Virus record (IMG/VR): IMGVR_UViG_3300025913_000021
Span: 85,261-149,260 of that record
From: a virus
DNA: 64,000 nucleotides
Reading direction: 5' to 3' (one strand)
The notes beneath the pieces are model-generated. The model saw nothing but the letters and a program-made list of their open reading frames with translations. It was not told the origin of the DNA and searched no databases. The stretch's first letter is position 1. Each line of letters opens with the position of its first letter. Shown here in pieces: positions 34,033 to 44,510 of this stretch. Position numbers and translations under genes: made by a program.

Positions 34033-36698
34033 GTGCCATACACCGGCTGCTCGAAGGGACCGCCAGCCGCTTCCTTGCCGACCCGCTTGAGGATCGCGGG
34101 CAGCGTGGTCACCGCTGGGGTGAGGGTCTGCTTGTTGACGAACCACTCCGTGTTCGGGTCGCCGCCGAGCCAGTGGCACGTCACGTCCATCGTGTACTCG
34201 CCGCTCTCCAGGTTGTGCGTGGAGGTGACGCCCGAGACGTAGTGGATGTTGGTCTCGTAGCTGGTCCGCTCGAAGATGCGCACCTGATCGTCGATCTGGA
34301 GTCCTGGATGAGCGACGATCTTCGCGCTGCCCGTGCGGTAGGTGAACAGGATGAACAGCGCGGTCAGCTCGGCCATCCGCTGACACTCGCGCTCGGTGTA
34401 GAACAGGTTGGTCGATTCGCCGGGGACGATCATCAGCCGGTACTGCCCGGCCAGCACGTCCGTGAAGTCGATCGCGCTGGTCTGGCCGGTCTCGCTGTTG
34501 TAGCCGAGCACGTAACCACCGGCCACCGGAGCCGGGGCGCTGGTGGACTTCGGGTAGCCACCGACGACCAGCACCTCCGAGCGCACGTCCGCGTCGCTGA
34601 TCGTCATCTGGTAGCTGATCAGGTTCACGTCCTCGTGGAACTCGATCGGGTGTCCAGCGACCCGCGCCTTGAGAGCAGTGCTCGCGCCGATGTCGTCGAT
34701 GAAATTACCGGCCGTCCAAATGTTGGGCAGCCGGAACTGCGCACCGCCGGTCTCGTCGATGAAGAAGATCCCGCCGATGAAGTCGCGGATCAGGCCGATG
34801 CCGTCCATGAACGACTTGCTCATGAAGTAGTCGCCCGGCGTGCACACGATCGGGCCCGCACCGAGGATCTCGAAGTCGCCCCACACGCGCAGGTTGACCA
34901 CCGGCCTCGCCCGGAGCGTGGTGATCCTGGCATTGAGATCGTTGATCTGGTTGATGATCGCCGCCTTCTGACCGGCGTTCCACCACGTCTGGCTATGCAA
35001 CTGCTTGCGCAGCACCATGATCTTCTTCTGGTACGCGGCGATCGTGGCGGCGGGCGAGGTCGAACCGATCACCGGGTCGGCCGTCGGTGCGTCCTCCCAG
35101 GTCAGCCCAGCCCAGGCGCACATCTCCTTGATGGGCTCGGTCCAGTCGTTGATCGAACCGCCCTTGCCCTCGGTCGAGGCGAGGAAGGTGTTCGGGATGT
35201 GGTTGCGCACGACCATCTCGCGTACGCCTGCACGGTACGGCGAGCCCTCGCCCAGGCTGGGGTTGAGGTTGGTGAACACCACCCGCACGAAGTTGGCCTT
35301 GTACGTCTTGGGCAGCGTGATCGTCGCCTTGCCGTTGCTCGGCACCGTCGCGGTGATCACGTACGGGATGTCCACGTGCGTGCCACCGGTCGCAGTGCCA
35401 CCGGTCGGCGGCGGCGTCAAGGTGCCCTTGACGTACGGGATCTTGATCCGCTGGCCGGGGTAGATCCAGTGCGGATCCTTGATGATGTTGTTGTTGGCCC
35501 GCGCGATGATCGGCCACTTGAAGTTGTCGCCGTAGTAGTGCCCGGCCAGGTCCCACAACGTGTCGCCCGAGGTGATGACGTACATGAAGCCAGCGCCGTC
35601 ACCGGGGGAGTCGTAGTAGTCCAGGTTCTCCGAGTTGCCCGCGACCGTGCTGGTGCCCTGCCACTTCCCTCCCGAGTGCACGCAGACGTACACGAGGTAG
35701 TTACCGCCGTAGCAGTTGAGCACGATCTCGTTGATCTCGCCGTGCACCTTCGCCTGGAGCCACTCCAGGTTGCTGCCGACGGTGTTCGCGCCCGAGAGCC
35801 AGAACGTGTGCTTCCTGCCGTCGAAGGCATCGCGCGCCCGGTGGCCGAGCACCTTGCCGTTCTTGCCGTAGCGCCGATCGGTGCTGGCCGAGTGGTAGGT
35901 GGCGACGTTCTTGCCGATCACCTCCTTGTGGCCCATGTCCTTGTGCGCCGGGCAGTAGATCAATGGGAAGCGGTCGATGGGCAGCAGTGGCGGGTAGATG
36001 AACTGCTCGATCAGCAGCTTGGCCAGGTCGCGGCACTCCAACTGCATCGTGCCGTCGTTGTGGATCGTCACCTGGTCGATGAGCCACGTGCCGGTCTGGT
36101 AGAGCTTCGTGTCCGCCTCGGGCGGGACGTAGCCCTCGCTGCTCGGGTCGTGCATGTAGATCTCGTTGCCGAGCGAGTCGAAATTGTCGCTGCCGTAGCC
36201 CTGGTAGGTGCGGATCACCGTGTTGGGGATGAACACGTCGCGGTACGGATTCTCGGGATAACCCCAGCTCGTCGGCAGCACGAGCTGCGCGTCGCTGTCG
36301 GTCATGCCGAGATCGGTGTCCGTGCCGGTATAGACGCTCGTCAGATTCTGGATCGCCGCACCGCGCCCCGGCGTGAGGTAGCCCTTGCGTCCCTCGGTGT
36401 CGATGCCCTCCGGCTGGCTCGTCTTGTTGTGCGTGTTCCACAGCGTGATCGTGCACGTCGCTGCGTCCTGGCCGATCGAGCGCTGGATCTCGACGCTGGC
36501 GATGCCGGTGAACTCGAACTGGGTCGGGTTCTTGTCCAGGTAGCGAACAGCGCCCATGCCGTCCTTGGTGCTGTGGATCTGGCGGATGCTCTGCTTGCAC
36601 CACGTCGCACGCGTGACCGGCCGGTCACGGCCGACCATCATCCCGGAACGCTGGATTTCCTGGATGTGCTGGAACTTCGCCGTCGTGTAGTCGCGCAC
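34029..36698 (-). CDS. tail tip / baseplate hub protein with discoidin-like and LysM domains
   Basis: Hub-like TG.W.IDQV...MQLECRD.AK; AFDG..HTFW (F5/8-like); canonical LysM SGDTLWDLA..YYGD..KW..I..AN...I.DP.WIYPGQ; GTG at 36698. Confidence 0.78.
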   Translation of the reverse strand: MRDYTTAKFQHIQEIQRSGMMVGRDRPVTRATWCKQSIRQIHSTKDGMGAVRYLDKNPTQFEFTGIASVEIQRSIGQDAATCTITLWNTHNKTSQPEGIDTEGRKGYLTPGRGAAIQNLTSVYTGTDTDLGMTDSDAQLVLPTSWGYPENPYRDVFIPNTVIRTYQGYGSDNFDSLGNEIYMHDPSSEGYVPPEADTKLYQTGTWLIDQVTIHNDGTMQLECRDLAKLLIEQFIYPPLLPIDRFPLIYCPAHKDMGHKEVIGKNVATYHSASTDRRYGKNGKVLGHRARDAFDGRKHTFWLSGANTVGSNLEWLQAKVHGEINEIVLNCYGGNYLVYVCVHSGGKWQGTSTVAGNSENLDYYDSPGDGAGFMYVITSGDTLWDLAGHYYGDNFKWPIIARANNNIIKDPHWIYPGQRIKIPYVKGTLTPPPTGGTATGGTHVDIPYVITATVPSNGKATITLPKTYKANFVRVVFTNLNPSLGEGSPYRAGVREMVVRNHIPNTFLASTEGKGGSINDWTEPIKEMCAWAGLTWEDAPTADPVIGSTSPAATIAAYQKKIMVLRKQLHSQTWWNAGQKAAIINQINDLNARITTLRARPVVNLRVWGDFEILGAGPIVCTPGDYFMSKSFMDGIGLIRDFIGGIFFIDETGGAQFRLPNIWTAGNFIDDIGASTALKARVAGHPIEFHEDVNLISYQMTISDADVRSEVLVVGGYPKSTSAPAPVAGGYVLGYNSETGQTSAIDFTDVLAGQYRLMIVPGESTNLFYTERECQRMAELTALFILFTYRTGSAKIVAHPGLQIDDQVRIFERTSYETNIHYVSGVTSTHNLESGEYTMDVTCHWLGGDPNTEWFVNKQTLTPAVTTLPAILKRVGKEAAGGPFEQPVYGT

Positions 36699-37120
36699 TA
36701 GAGGATCCGTCCGTAGACGCGCTGGCCCGAGGCGTTGACGTAGGCGGTGACGGTGAACTCGGCGTCGTACGTGTGGTACCAGGGGTTGTTCGGTCGCCGG
36801 ATGCGCTTGGGCGCGAACTTGCTGAACACCCCGTAGAAGGTCCGGTTGAGGTCGTCCACGAGCTTGATCAGCACGCGCTTGTCGAACCAATACTCCAGGT
36901 TCTCGTAGTGCCCCTGCTCCAAGATCACGCCCGAGAAGTTGATCGTGGGCGTCGTCGAATTGCCTTCCTGCACGAGGTTCATGCGGTTGGGGCCGCTGCT
37001 CTGCAAGATGGCCATCTGCTTGGTGATCTCGGGCGAGCCACCGTCGTTCGGGTTGATCTCCATCTGGTAGGTGACTGGGGTTGCGGCCCAGTAGTCCTGC
37101 ATGGACCAACGGACGACCAT
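36698..37120 (-). CDS. distal tail (Dit-like) protein
   Basis: Immediately follows the tape measure gene; INP, TINFSG and L.DD motifs. Confidence 0.6.
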   Translation of the reverse strand: MVVRWSMQDYWAATPVTYQMEINPNDGGSPEITKQMAILQSSGPNRMNLVQEGNSTTPTINFSGVILEQGHYENLEYWFDKRVLIKLVDDLNRTFYGVFSKFAPKRIRRPNNPWYHTYDAEFTVTAYVNASGQRVYGRIL

Positions 37121-37123
37121 CTG

Positions 37124-40100
37124 TTATCGCCTCCCCACCGGGACGTTGCGCGGGCTCGCCGAGTTGGCTCGCACCTGCTGCCCGGTCTGCTGGTTGATCA
37201 GCGAGATCACCTGCGCCGCGACCGCCTTGGCCATCGCACTCGTCGGCAGCGTCTGGTTCACCGTGATCGACGCCTGCTGGTTGTTGTTCACGATGTTGGC
37301 CTGCGTGCCGGTGCCACCGAAGCCCGCACCGAGCGAGCGCCGCACGTCGTACGCGGTCGGCAGCTTGATGTCGCTCGGGATGTTCAGACCGCCCTGCGTG
37401 AGCTGCTCGCGGATGCCACTCTGCAAGCTCTTGATCTTGAGGGTGATCGAGCGCTGCTCGGCCAGGGTGAGCTGCTTGTTCTTCAAGATCTGCTGGAGCG
37501 CGGCGATCTCCTGCGCACCCGTGATCTGGTACGTCTCCTTTTGGAAGTCCAGCGTGTCGAGCTGCGCCTGCAACGCCACGTCGAACTGGTTGCGCTGCGC
37601 CGCGATCACCGCACCGTAGAGCTTGTCGTACTCGCTGGTGCCCTTCTTGCCACCCTTCTTGAGGTAGCGGTTGAGATCGACCTGCGCCTTCTGGAGCGAG
37701 ACGCCCGCCGCAGCCTGACCGAGGTCCGAGCCCTGGCCGACACCGCGAGCGTTGAGCTGCTGGATCTGGAGGTCCAACCCCGCCTCGATCTGCTGCGTCA
37801 CCGCGTCGTACTGCGCCGACTTCGACGTGATCACGCTGGTGTACGCGTCACGTGCCTCCTTGCTGTTCTTGCCGTACTGCTCCACGGCGTAGCGGTAGGC
37901 GTCCTCGGCCTTGCTCAGGTCCAGCGTTGCAGCCCGCACGTCGTCACCGTGGAATCGTGCAACCGCCGCCCTCGCGGCGAGCGCCGACTCCTTCTGGGCC
38001 TCGATCGCGTCGGCGATCTGCTGCCGGATCGCGATCTCCTGCTGCTGCGCCTGGAGCAACGTGGCCTGGTCGGCGAGGGTGCCACCACGAGCCGACGCCT
38101 CAGCCTGGAGCACTTGGTTGAGCTGCGCCTGACCCTTCGCGATGGCGTTGCGGTTCTGTGCGACGGCGATGCCGTACCGCGCTTGCGTCACCTGCTGGTT
38201 CGCCTGCGCGACGCCGAGATTGCCCGCCCCGACAGCGGCCTTGTCCTGTCCGATCTGATCGGCCGACGCGCCACTGGCCAGATCCTGCTTGAGCTTCAAC
38301 TGGGCATTGGCCAGCGTGGCGTTCGCCTTGGTCAGGGCGTCGTTCGAACTGGCGATGATCAGGTTGTTCGCGTTGTAGGCAGCCTGGTTCTGCAACTGGG
38401 CGATCTGCTGCTTGTTCTGCTCGATCTGCGCGATGTTGGCCCAGTATTGCGGGTCGTCGTGGGTCAGCGTCTTGTTGTACTTCTCGATCGCCGTGTTGGC
38501 TCGCCGCAGGTCGGCAACCGCACCGCCCGTCCCGGCACCGAAGTGGACGCCGCCGACATCGCCACCGGTCCCCGACAGGCTCGCGCGCAGGCCCGCGCGG
38601 TTGGTGAACTCCTGGATCGGGTTCTGGTAGATCTGCTGGTTGACACCCTGGAGACCTTCGAGCCCCGCCTTGAGCTGCGCCTGCGCCTTGTCGAACGCCG
38701 CCTGCGACTTCTGATCGGGCTTGCCGATCGACTCCAGGATCGTGTTGGCCTGCTTGATCGACTCGTTGTAGCCGTCCCGCAACGCCTTGAGCAGACGCTG
38801 CTGGCTCAGCGCGCCCGGCGAGCGCTCGCCCTTCGGGTTGTAGATCGTCGGCGCACCGGCCGGTGCCTGGCCAGGGAGGGTGGACTGGATGCCGGAGGAC
38901 TGCGTGTTGTTGTCGCGCGTCGAACCAGCAACGGCCGGGCCGGTCTGCGTCGCCTGACGCAGCATCGAGTGGAAGTTGCCACCCGCGTCGTAGTAGCCGT
39001 ACTTCCCGTCGGTGGTGCGACCGACCTGACCTGCCTGGCCCTGGTCGATGCCAGCCGCCGCGAGCACGTCCTTGTACGCCTTGCTGCCCGGCGAGAGCGT
39101 GCCCGCCTTGAGCAGGTTCTGGATCGCTTCGCGCTGGGTGGTCAACGTCTCCGGGTTGAGCTGGCCGACCGTACCGAGCGCCGACTGGAGATCGTCGATC
39201 TGCTGACTGTTCAGCACGTCGATCTTGTTGAAGCCCTTGATCGCCGCGATGCGGTGCTGCGCGGCCGTCTGGAGCGTCGTCTCCAGCCGGTCGATGTCGG
39301 CCGAGATCTTGGCCTGAGCCTCCTTGCTGTTTCCACCGGCCGTCTGAATCTTGTCGCGCTCGGACTCGATCTGCTTGCGGACCTTGGTCTGGAACGCCTC
39401 CACGGCCTCGGCACTGCCGAGCTTCGGGAGCTGGTCCTTGAAGCCCTGACCGCGCGACGCCTTGTCACCGGCCGAGCCCTTGGCGAAGCCGCCGACCACC
39501 TGATCGAACAGCTTGTAGTAGGCGTTGTTCGACGCGACCGAGGTCTGCGCGTTGTTGAACTTCCGTGCATCGAGGACCGCACTGACCCCGCCGAACGCGG
39601 TGCCGCCGATCGCACCGAGAGCCGCACCGAGCGGACCACCGACCAAGCCGCCGATGCCCGCACCCATCGTGATGCTCTCGGCCAGGCTGCCCGCAAATCC
39701 ACGAGCACCAGAACCAGCCGACTGACCACCGGAGATCGCCTGGCCGAGAACGGGTGCACCGAAGATGGCCAGGAGCGGAGCTGCCGCACCGAGCTTGCCG
39801 AACTTGCCGAGCCGTGCACCGAAGCCAGCACCGGCACCCGTGGCCAGCGCCTCCTCCTCGGCCGCACCCGCCGGGAACGGCAGCAAGCCGCCGGAGCGAC
39901 CAGCGTTCATCGCTTGCAGCTCCGCCCGGGTCATCCCCGGCAGAGCGCCCTCAGCGGATGCGATGCGCTGAGCGTCGGCCGAGGCCACCTGACCTGGCGT
40001 GGCGAAACGGCCGGTCGTCGGATTCCGGAACGCGAGCGGGAGGAGCATCTGCCCCTCGGTCTGCGCCGCGACCTGAGCCGCCTCGCGCTCGGCAGCCTGC

Positions 40101-43100
40101 GTCCCAGCTCCGACCGCGCCGCCACCGAACAAGGTCGGCTGGTAGGCACCGGCACGCGAGATCGGGAACAGCGCACCCTGCTCGGCGGCACCGATCGCAC
40201 CGCCCGTAGTCGCCACCCGATTGGCGACGACCACCTCCTCCTCGCTGGCTGCGGCCGTGCGTGCCGCACCGGACAGGACGTTCAGCGTCTCGGCAGCCGT
40301 GCGGGCTGCCGTGTCCATCACACCGAGCGTCTCGGTGGTGGAGACGATCTGGCGCTCCTCGGCGCTGCGCACCGTGTTGGTGGCCGCTGCCTGGTCCTCC
40401 ACGACCCCGACCGGGCGACGGAGGCCGAAGCGCGAGGTCCCCGCGCCGCGAGCGATGTCACGGAAGCGGTAGCGAGCAGCGGGCACGTTCTCGGATCCGG
40501 CTGCCTGCGCGGCGGCGATCTCGTCGGCGTTGCGCGGCGTGATGTTGCCGAACAGCCGACGACCGACGCCACTGCCGAGCACGAGGCGCGACCCGGCACC
40601 GGCACCGACGAACTTCCAGACGGCCGCGACCTCACCGAGCGCGATGGCCAGGTGCAGCGCCTCGCGCGTCGGGATGCCGAAGTAGTCGTGGTCGGCGAAG
40701 TTGCTCAGTGCACCGCTGACCTTGTTGATGATCTTGAGGATGTCGTCCAGCGTCATGGCCAGCGCGCCGAGAGCGTCGAAGGCACCGATGCGCTGGAGTT
40801 CCGAACCGAGGTTCTGGAAGTCCTCGTCGAGCTGCTTGATCCGACCCGAGATCGTCTGGAGGTAGCGCTGGTTCTGGTTGCTCAGCGCGTTGTTGCTGTC
40901 CAGCTCGCCGTTGAGCGCCTTCACCGCGTTCGCGCCGCCACCGATCAGGGCGGCGAAGGCCCGCGCCTGGATGCCGGTGCCCATCAGGCCCGCGATGGCC
41001 TGCTTGCTCGCGTCGTTGAGGTGACCGTACTGACCGATCAGCTCCTGCAACACGCCGCCGATGTCGCCGCTCTGGAACTGCTGCGCGATCGACAGCCCAG
41101 CCGAGTTGGTCGGCTTGAGCACGCGCTGGAGAGTCTCCTGCGTGCGCGTGTTGTAGAGGCTCGACAGCAGACGCGAGGTCTGCGACGCCGACTGCTCACC
41201 GCTCTGGCCGGTGCCCTGGGCGACATACGCGGCGATGGTGGACGCCTGCCGCTGGCTCAGGCCGAAGTCGCGCGCCTCCTGCGCGATCTGCGTGGTGCCC
41301 TCGGTGATGTCCTTGACGTTCACGCCCGTGAGCTGACTCAGGCGTGCGATGTCGTCGCCGGTCTGCTTGATGCCCTGCTGCATCGTGAGACCGGACTGCT
41401 GCCAGGTGTCGCCGTACGCGGCCACCACGTCCCGCAGGCCGACCGCCGCGTCCTTCGCCGTCAGCGTGCCCTGGCTGATGTTGGCGAGCTGGGCAGCGAC
41501 CTCAGCACCGAACCGGATGTCGGCAGTGGTCTTGAGCGTGCCCGACAGCTCGGACGCGGCCTCGATGACGTGCTCCAGCGGAGTCGCCGTCTCGGCCGAG
41601 ATGTTCTGGAAGTCCTGGCGCAGATTGCCCGCCGAAATGCCGTTCGCATCGAGGCTGGCCTGGAGACGAGCGAACGCGGCCTGCGCTTCGAGGCCGTCGT
41701 GCACCAGCTCCTTGAGCTTGTCGAAGCCCTCGAACACCAGCGAGAACCCGACCATGTTCTCCAGGCCGAGCCCGATGTGGCGAAGCTGGCCAGCACCGAA
41801 GCCCTGCTGGCCGAACACCTGGGTACCGAGCGAGCGCGGCTGCTCGGCACGAGTCACCCGCTCGACACCGGCCTGCGCGGCGATCAGCTCCCGCTGAGCC
41901 GTGGCCAGCTTGATCACGTCGGTGGTCTCGGCCTCGGTCAGCGCCCGCACGCGCTCCTCGGCCTGGAACAGCGCGAGCTGGGCCCGCTGCATCTCCGCGC
42001 TCGCCCCGGCTGTCTGCTCCAGGACCGAGCGGTAGCGCTCCATCGCCGCCGAGGACTGGTTGGTGGCCGTCGTCGTGCGCTCAACGGGCGCTACGGCCCC
42101 CAGGCCAGCCAGGGCCGAGCTACCACCGCCTCGGGCGTACACCTGGCCCAGAGCGGTGTTCGTGGCCCCGCCACGGGGCAACTGGAGCAGCGTGCCGAGC
42201 GTCTGCCGCTGGAGGCTGAGGTTGCCACCGAGCGAGGCGAACGCCGGGTCGTTGCGCAGCGCCGTCCCGGCACGCTCGATCGCATTGGTCCGAGCCGAGC
42301 CGGTGAGGCCGGGCAGAGCCGCACGGGTCGCCTCGATGATCTCGCGCGTGCCCTGCTGGAGAGAATCGGCGAACGTCCGAATGTTGTCCGTCAGCTCGAA
42401 CGGCGTGCCACGCACTCGCCCCGAGGATCGCCGAGCCGATCCGGTGATGCTCGACTCTGCGACGGTGGCCTGTTCCTCGGTCGCAGCAGCGAGCTTGTTC
42501 TCGGCCGCTTCGAGCCGCCGCATGGCGTTGGCCAGCTTGCTCGTCAGGCCCGAGACATCCTCGCCCGCGCCGTACGCCTGCTCGTACTGGTTGCGAAGTC
42601 GATCGACCTTCTGCCTGCGATTGGCGACCGTCTGCTCCAAGGACGGCCGCTGCTCGGGCTCCTCCTCGGGCTGCTCAGAGTTTGAGCCCGTAGTTGGCGG
42701 CTTCGGCGGCTTCGGTGGGCGACCACCGCCGCCCCCGGCCGGGAGGCCAGCGGCTTCGCGAGCGGCCCGCGCCTCGGCCTTGGCCTGCTCGACCATCGCG
42801 TCGTACTCGGCAGCGGTGTCCTTGACGCGCGCCTCGCGGCCGGTGTCGCCGATGACCGGGCCAGCCTCAGGGCGCACCGAGCGCGAAGGGTCCAGGTCGC
42901 GGTAGGCCCCGATGATGTCCTGGCGAGCCTGACGGCCAGCGGCGACGATCGACTCCGCCTGGGCCCGGTAACCCGCGCCGGGGCCCTGCGTCTCCTCGTC
43001 GTAGCGAGCGACCTGCTTGCGGTAGTCGCCGACGGTGCCGAACACGTCCGCTCGACGCGCCTCGGGCGCGAAGGCGAACGTCTCCATCGGGTTCTCGGAG

Positions 43101-44407
43101 ATCCGCCGCGCCACGTCGCCGCGCGAGAACTTGGCGAAGTCCTCCTGCATGCGCTGGAACTCGGCCAGCGCCTGCGGCACCTGCTCGTACTGCTCCGGGG
43201 TGAGCGACTTCCCCGGGGCCAGCACGGAACCGACGGACGCCCGAATCGTCTCGGCCCGCACCGTGCCAGGCAGTCGCTCCAGGTCACGGAAGCGCGGGTC
43301 ACCGGCCAGCTCCTCCAGGCCGCGCCGACCGATGAGCTGCTGTACGCGCTGGAGATCACGGCTGCCCTGGATGCCGACGCGCTGCTCGGACGCGGTGACG
43401 ACATCCTGGCGAACCTGGTTCAGGCCACGGCTGTTGCTGACGACCCGCTCGAAGTAGCCCTCGAAGGTCTCGCCGGGGTTGATCCGGTTGCTGACGATGC
43501 GCGGCTGCGTCTCGCCGGGCACGAGGTACGAGCCGGGCCGAGCCGGGGCGCTGAACTGCGAGCGCTCCAGCGTGGTCGCCTTGGCCTTGGCCTCGGCCGC
43601 GTCGCGCTGCGCCTGGTGTGCCGCGTCGCGCACCGGGGCCTGTGCAGCCTCCTGGACACCGGCAGCGGCCAGGATCGTCTGGATCTGCGCCGGGTTGATC
43701 CCGATGCCGCCCGTGCCGCCACCCGGGATGATGATGTTGTTCTGCTGGAAGCGGCCTTCCTCCATGCCCTTGGTGGTGGTCCGCGTCTGCACCGTGAGGG
43801 TGCGGATCACCTGCCCGAGGTTCTTGAGGGCGTCGGCGCTGTCCGTCGCGTTGCGCGCCAGCGTGGCGTTGATGTCCGCGACGCGCTTGACCGCGTTGCG
43901 CGCCGCGTCGCCGTCTGCGGTGGCCTTGGCCAGCGTGCTCTGCGTCTGGCGTACCTTGGCCGGGCTCAGCTCCTCGTCGCGGACCTGCGGGATGTTGCGC
44001 CGCTGGGCGTCGATGACGCGCTGCTGCTCGGGGGTGTAGCCCTGCGCATTGACCTGCTGCTTCTGGCGCTGCGCGGCCGAGCGACTGGCCGCAGCCGAGC
44101 GGGTGACGACATCGAGCGCTTCGGTGAGGTCGCGGCTCAGTGTGCCGAGCGAGTTGACGATCTTCGAGAACTGACCGGAGATCTGGTCGCCGATCGTTTC
44201 GAGCTTGCCCGCCGCCTGATCGAGCTGGCTGAACATGCCACCGAGCGGGTTGCCCGCTCGCATGTTGCCGACGGTCTCGTCGTACTTGAGCAGCGCCTCG
44301 GTGAGCGCGTTGATCTGCCGAACACCGGGGGCCAGTTCGCCCGAGAGGGACTTGGAGAAGGACTCGGCGTTGCTGCCGAACTCAAGGAAGAAGTCGTTGT
44401 TCGGCAT
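37124..44407 (-). CDS. tape measure protein (2427 aa)
   Basis: Very long Ala/Gln/Gly-rich helical protein after the tail chaperones, with a TMP core and hydrophobic segments. Confidence 0.92.
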   Translation of the reverse strand: MPNNDFFLEFGSNAESFSKSLSGELAPGVRQINALTEALLKYDETVGNMRAGNPLGGMFSQLDQAAGKLETIGDQISGQFSKIVNSLGTLSRDLTEALDVVTRSAAASRSAAQRQKQQVNAQGYTPEQQRVIDAQRRNIPQVRDEELSPAKVRQTQSTLAKATADGDAARNAVKRVADINATLARNATDSADALKNLGQVIRTLTVQTRTTTKGMEEGRFQQNNIIIPGGGTGGIGINPAQIQTILAAAGVQEAAQAPVRDAAHQAQRDAAEAKAKATTLERSQFSAPARPGSYLVPGETQPRIVSNRINPGETFEGYFERVVSNSRGLNQVRQDVVTASEQRVGIQGSRDLQRVQQLIGRRGLEELAGDPRFRDLERLPGTVRAETIRASVGSVLAPGKSLTPEQYEQVPQALAEFQRMQEDFAKFSRGDVARRISENPMETFAFAPEARRADVFGTVGDYRKQVARYDEETQGPGAGYRAQAESIVAAGRQARQDIIGAYRDLDPSRSVRPEAGPVIGDTGREARVKDTAAEYDAMVEQAKAEARAAREAAGLPAGGGGGRPPKPPKPPTTGSNSEQPEEEPEQRPSLEQTVANRRQKVDRLRNQYEQAYGAGEDVSGLTSKLANAMRRLEAAENKLAAATEEQATVAESSITGSARRSSGRVRGTPFELTDNIRTFADSLQQGTREIIEATRAALPGLTGSARTNAIERAGTALRNDPAFASLGGNLSLQRQTLGTLLQLPRGGATNTALGQVYARGGGSSALAGLGAVAPVERTTTATNQSSAAMERYRSVLEQTAGASAEMQRAQLALFQAEERVRALTEAETTDVIKLATAQRELIAAQAGVERVTRAEQPRSLGTQVFGQQGFGAGQLRHIGLGLENMVGFSLVFEGFDKLKELVHDGLEAQAAFARLQASLDANGISAGNLRQDFQNISAETATPLEHVIEAASELSGTLKTTADIRFGAEVAAQLANISQGTLTAKDAAVGLRDVVAAYGDTWQQSGLTMQQGIKQTGDDIARLSQLTGVNVKDITEGTTQIAQEARDFGLSQRQASTIAAYVAQGTGQSGEQSASQTSRLLSSLYNTRTQETLQRVLKPTNSAGLSIAQQFQSGDIGGVLQELIGQYGHLNDASKQAIAGLMGTGIQARAFAALIGGGANAVKALNGELDSNNALSNQNQRYLQTISGRIKQLDEDFQNLGSELQRIGAFDALGALAMTLDDILKIINKVSGALSNFADHDYFGIPTREALHLAIALGEVAAVWKFVGAGAGSRLVLGSGVGRRLFGNITPRNADEIAAAQAAGSENVPAARYRFRDIARGAGTSRFGLRRPVGVVEDQAAATNTVRSAEERQIVSTTETLGVMDTAARTAAETLNVLSGAARTAAASEEEVVVANRVATTGGAIGAAEQGALFPISRAGAYQPTLFGGGAVGAGTQAAEREAAQVAAQTEGQMLLPLAFRNPTTGRFATPGQVASADAQRIASAEGALPGMTRAELQAMNAGRSGGLLPFPAGAAEEEALATGAGAGFGARLGKFGKLGAAAPLLAIFGAPVLGQAISGGQSAGSGARGFAGSLAESITMGAGIGGLVGGPLGAALGAIGGTAFGGVSAVLDARKFNNAQTSVASNNAYYKLFDQVVGGFAKGSAGDKASRGQGFKDQLPKLGSAEAVEAFQTKVRKQIESERDKIQTAGGNSKEAQAKISADIDRLETTLQTAAQHRIAAIKGFNKIDVLNSQQIDDLQSALGTVGQLNPETLTTQREAIQNLLKAGTLSPGSKAYKDVLAAAGIDQGQAGQVGRTTDGKYGYYDAGGNFHSMLRQATQTGPAVAGSTRDNNTQSSGIQSTLPGQAPAGAPTIYNPKGERSPGALSQQRLLKALRDGYNESIKQANTILESIGKPDQKSQAAFDKAQAQLKAGLEGLQGVNQQIYQNPIQEFTNRAGLRASLSGTGGDVGGVHFGAGTGGAVADLRRANTAIEKYNKTLTHDDPQYWANIAQIEQNKQQIAQLQNQAAYNANNLIIASSNDALTKANATLANAQLKLKQDLASGASADQIGQDKAAVGAGNLGVAQANQQVTQARYGIAVAQNRNAIAKGQAQLNQVLQAEASARGGTLADQATLLQAQQQEIAIRQQIADAIEAQKESALAARAAVARFHGDDVRAATLDLSKAEDAYRYAVEQYGKNSKEARDAYTSVITSKSAQYDAVTQQIEAGLDLQIQQLNARGVGQGSDLGQAAAGVSLQKAQVDLNRYLKKGGKKGTSEYDKLYGAVIAAQRNQFDVALQAQLDTLDFQKETYQITGAQEIAALQQILKNKQLTLAEQRSITLKIKSLQSGIREQLTQGGLNIPSDIKLPTAYDVRRSLGAGFGGTGTQANIVNNNQQASITVNQTLPTSAMAKAVAAQVISLINQQTGQQVRANSASPRNVPVGRR

Positions 44408-44481
44408 CGACCCGCCCTGCTCCTATCTCCGTTCGCCCACTGTTCCTGAGTCCATGCCGTGCAGTTCCAGTTCCTCGTACT

Positions 44482-44510
44482 CCTTCGGCAACGATCACTT
44501 TCGGAAGTAG
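44482..44510 (-). promoter_or_regulatory. candidate sigma-28-type promoter of tape measure gene
   Basis: CTACTT-N15-GCCGAAGG. Confidence 0.45.

Noticed and set aside
36773-42685. 1970-aa + strand ORF, and other long antisense ORFs such as 11611..13683, 34173..36701, 59804..61936 and 18102..19625
   Set aside because: These are shadow frames of high-GC genes on the opposite strand, with no motifs, no SD and codon-mirror composition.
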